Source of the DNA: Cyanophora paradoxa CCMP329
Lineage: Eukaryota; Plantae; Glaucophyta
Reading direction: 5' to 3'
NCBI GenBank assembly: GCA_004431415.1
Contig: QPMI01000428.1
Location: 124,001 to 188,000 of the forward strand
DNA length: 64,000 nucleotides
In this document: positions 62,301 to 64,000 of the stretch, piece by piece
How positions within the stretch are numbered: position 1 is the first letter of the stretch
Layout of the letters: each line of letters starts with the position of its first letter
Notes under the pieces: model-generated
Database searches by the model: none
Told to the model about the DNA's origin: nothing
The model's input: the letters and a program-made list of their open reading frames with translations, nothing else
Program-made: the position numbers and the translations under genes

Positions 62301-64000
62301 ATTCGATCGCATGCAGATGGTTACGCCGACCGGCTCCCTTGCGACGCTGACGCAACCGCGCTCGGCTCCTATCATGCGCACGTGCGCAATTGCATATGAT
62401 TTCAATTTCTATCTTCGATCATGGCGCTGATGCCTTGCGCAGACTTCTGTCAGCGACCGGCAGCGGCGCAACTAATGTTACTCTTGTGGTCTTCGTGACC
62501 GACCAACACGGCTCGACAACCGGTCAGTCGCCGCGTTTTGATCGGCTTCCGATTCGTAGAAGTCGTTTTCATTTCCGCTTCTTGCGCAGAGCATTTCCTC
62601 CAAGTGACGGTGACTAGCGCAATCATGCAGGCGCTATCAGAAGCGATACGCTCGAGCTCGAGCTCCCAATCCGGATCCGGAACGGGCTCCCAATCCGGGT
62701 CCGGAGCGGGCTCGCAGTCCGGATCCGGAACGGGCTCCCAATCCGGATCCGGGACGTCGGCCGCGGACGAGAAGACAATGAAGCTCGCCAAGGAGGCGCT
62801 GGTCTCGCTCCTCACGCAGGCGGGGAGCATCATCAGCGTCACCGACGACGACGGCGACCGCGAGAGCGTCATCGGCGTGGCCGTAAACGCGGCCCTCATG
62901 GTCACGGACGTCATGGAGATGGTCCTCGGGAGCTCGAAGCAGAACCCGGCGAGGGCCATCACGAGATTCGAGGACAAGGACGGGGCCATCCAGAGCCTGC
63001 TGGGGCCCCTGCTCCAGGCCGTCGCCTCCGTCGTCAACGCCAACGACACGACCAAAGAACAGGCTAGCTATAGTCTCCGAGCCCCAGAATCGCTCGCTCT
63101 TACCTTTGCTGAGCAATCATTAAATCTCGCAGGACGTGCAAGCCATGTCGGCTGTCTCCGTGCTTGCGGGGGTATCCGTCCGGTGCGTCAAATTAATTAA
63201 AACGAAAATACGAATATTAGTGCTGATCATGGTTGTCGATCGGCAGCACGTCGTCGAAGCGTGTCCAGGCGTCGCTAGCCTCACTGCTGCGGGAACTGCT
63301 CAAGGGGCTCGACCCGTGCACGGACTTCGCCGAAGTCCGCGACCTGATCATGGGGGCCGCCGACGCGTTCGTCGGGTGCGCGCGCTTGAACGGCAAACGC
63401 CGCTCAACTCTGTCCGCCCACTCACACCCTCGATCGCGATCATTATCGTTACCAGGTCGGGCAACTGGGCCGCGGAGGAAGGGAGCGAGTCGGAAATCTT
63501 CCGCATCATCGACGAACTCCTCAACGAGTTCTCGATGCAGTCCCTCGGCTGCAGCATCTGCGGCACCCAGGCAACCAGGGCTTCCATGTCTCGCATCACG
63601 CTCGCGTTTGGCCGCGGTGCGCTCTTTTCTGGTCGAATAGCAAATGACGAGTCGGCATCATTGCTTTGCTAAGTCGCGTCGCGCCGCCAGTCTGCTTCTC
63701 GGCCGACGCGGACTCTACCATCGTGACGGTGGGCAGCGCCGGGTACAAGATCGACACCGAGCTCCCGAAGGAAGTGAGGGACCTGGGCAAGGAGTACATC
63801 GGCGACGTCGCCGACAGCCTGCCTTTCAAGCTGACCGGCTACCTGGTTCGAATTCGCACCCCGAGTCGACTCGCTTCCGTCTCTTGACTAGTGCTCGCGC
63901 CCAGCGTTCACCCTACGTCGAGAAGAACAACACCGCAAAGGCGTTCAACCTCTCCACCGGTGTACTCAACGTTGGTGCGTGGCGTTTGTGCGACATGCAG
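29301..64000 (+). CDS. Giant secreted or membrane polycystin-1-like (REJ-domain) protein with a long array of ~100-aa C-x12-C beta repeats; 3' end beyond the window
   Basis: ATG at 29301 with signal peptide (...AAAAIFLVLVYSSFCTALVSG). Plus-strand exons rich in Ser/Thr/Ala/Val and N-glycosylation sequons, in frame at the junctions I traced. Recurrent C-x3-R-x3-G-x4-C...P.L..[SD]DF. REJ motifs after ~60.3 kb: YTFSISASNFLG, ITIPRGTLPPGEVYTLT, AIIAGG, LSHDPD, ECAVVPSSGVALETQFVVTCSGW, VFVTDQHGS. Single-gene continuity was not checked at every junction. Confidence 0.8.
62664..62756 (+). repeat. 24-bp coding tandem repeat (SQSGSG[T/A]G, about 4 copies)
   Basis: TCCCAATCCGGATCCGGAACGGGC and variants, about 3.9 units, just after the REJ domain. 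Confidence 0.85.

Noticed and set aside
29301-64000. Bacterial giant adhesin or contaminating sequence
   Set aside because: It is interrupted throughout by spliceosomal introns with the same donor consensus as neighbouring genes and carries a eukaryotic REJ domain.
1-64000. tRNA, rRNA or snRNA genes
   Set aside because: None recognised by eye. A tRNAscan-SE or Infernal search would be needed to exclude them.

Overview
Intron-dense, GC-rich eukaryotic nuclear DNA. A plastid transit peptide with an early Phe (MSASAF...) and the intron style suggest a photosynthetic alga, possibly a glaucophyte such as Cyanophora (inference). Most long ORF-track entries are GC or antisense artefacts, so genes were reconstructed by manual splicing. 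Three zones. (1) 0-23.2 kb holds ten compact genes, the first nine alternating in strand: PWWP-like (partial), plastid fibrillin, phosducin-like PhLP3/TXNDC9, RCHY1/Pirh2-type E3 ligase, CCDC87-like, a GPI-anchored surface protein, an LRR plus novel-repeat protein, a hidden 91-aa acidic protein, a BTB-Tubby fusion and an AMT1 ammonium transporter. GC-AG introns are unusually frequent and AMT1 needs a 4-nt microexon. (2) 23.4-29.2 kb is an intergenic nest of non-autonomous DNA transposons: two hAT-like elements and two 261-bp Tc1/mariner/pogo-like MITEs that align without gaps but carry different repeated motifs. (3) 29.3 kb to the window end is apparently one >34.7-kb gene for a giant secreted polycystin-1-like protein, with dozens of ~100-aa C-x12-C beta repeats followed by a REJ domain, truncated by the window.
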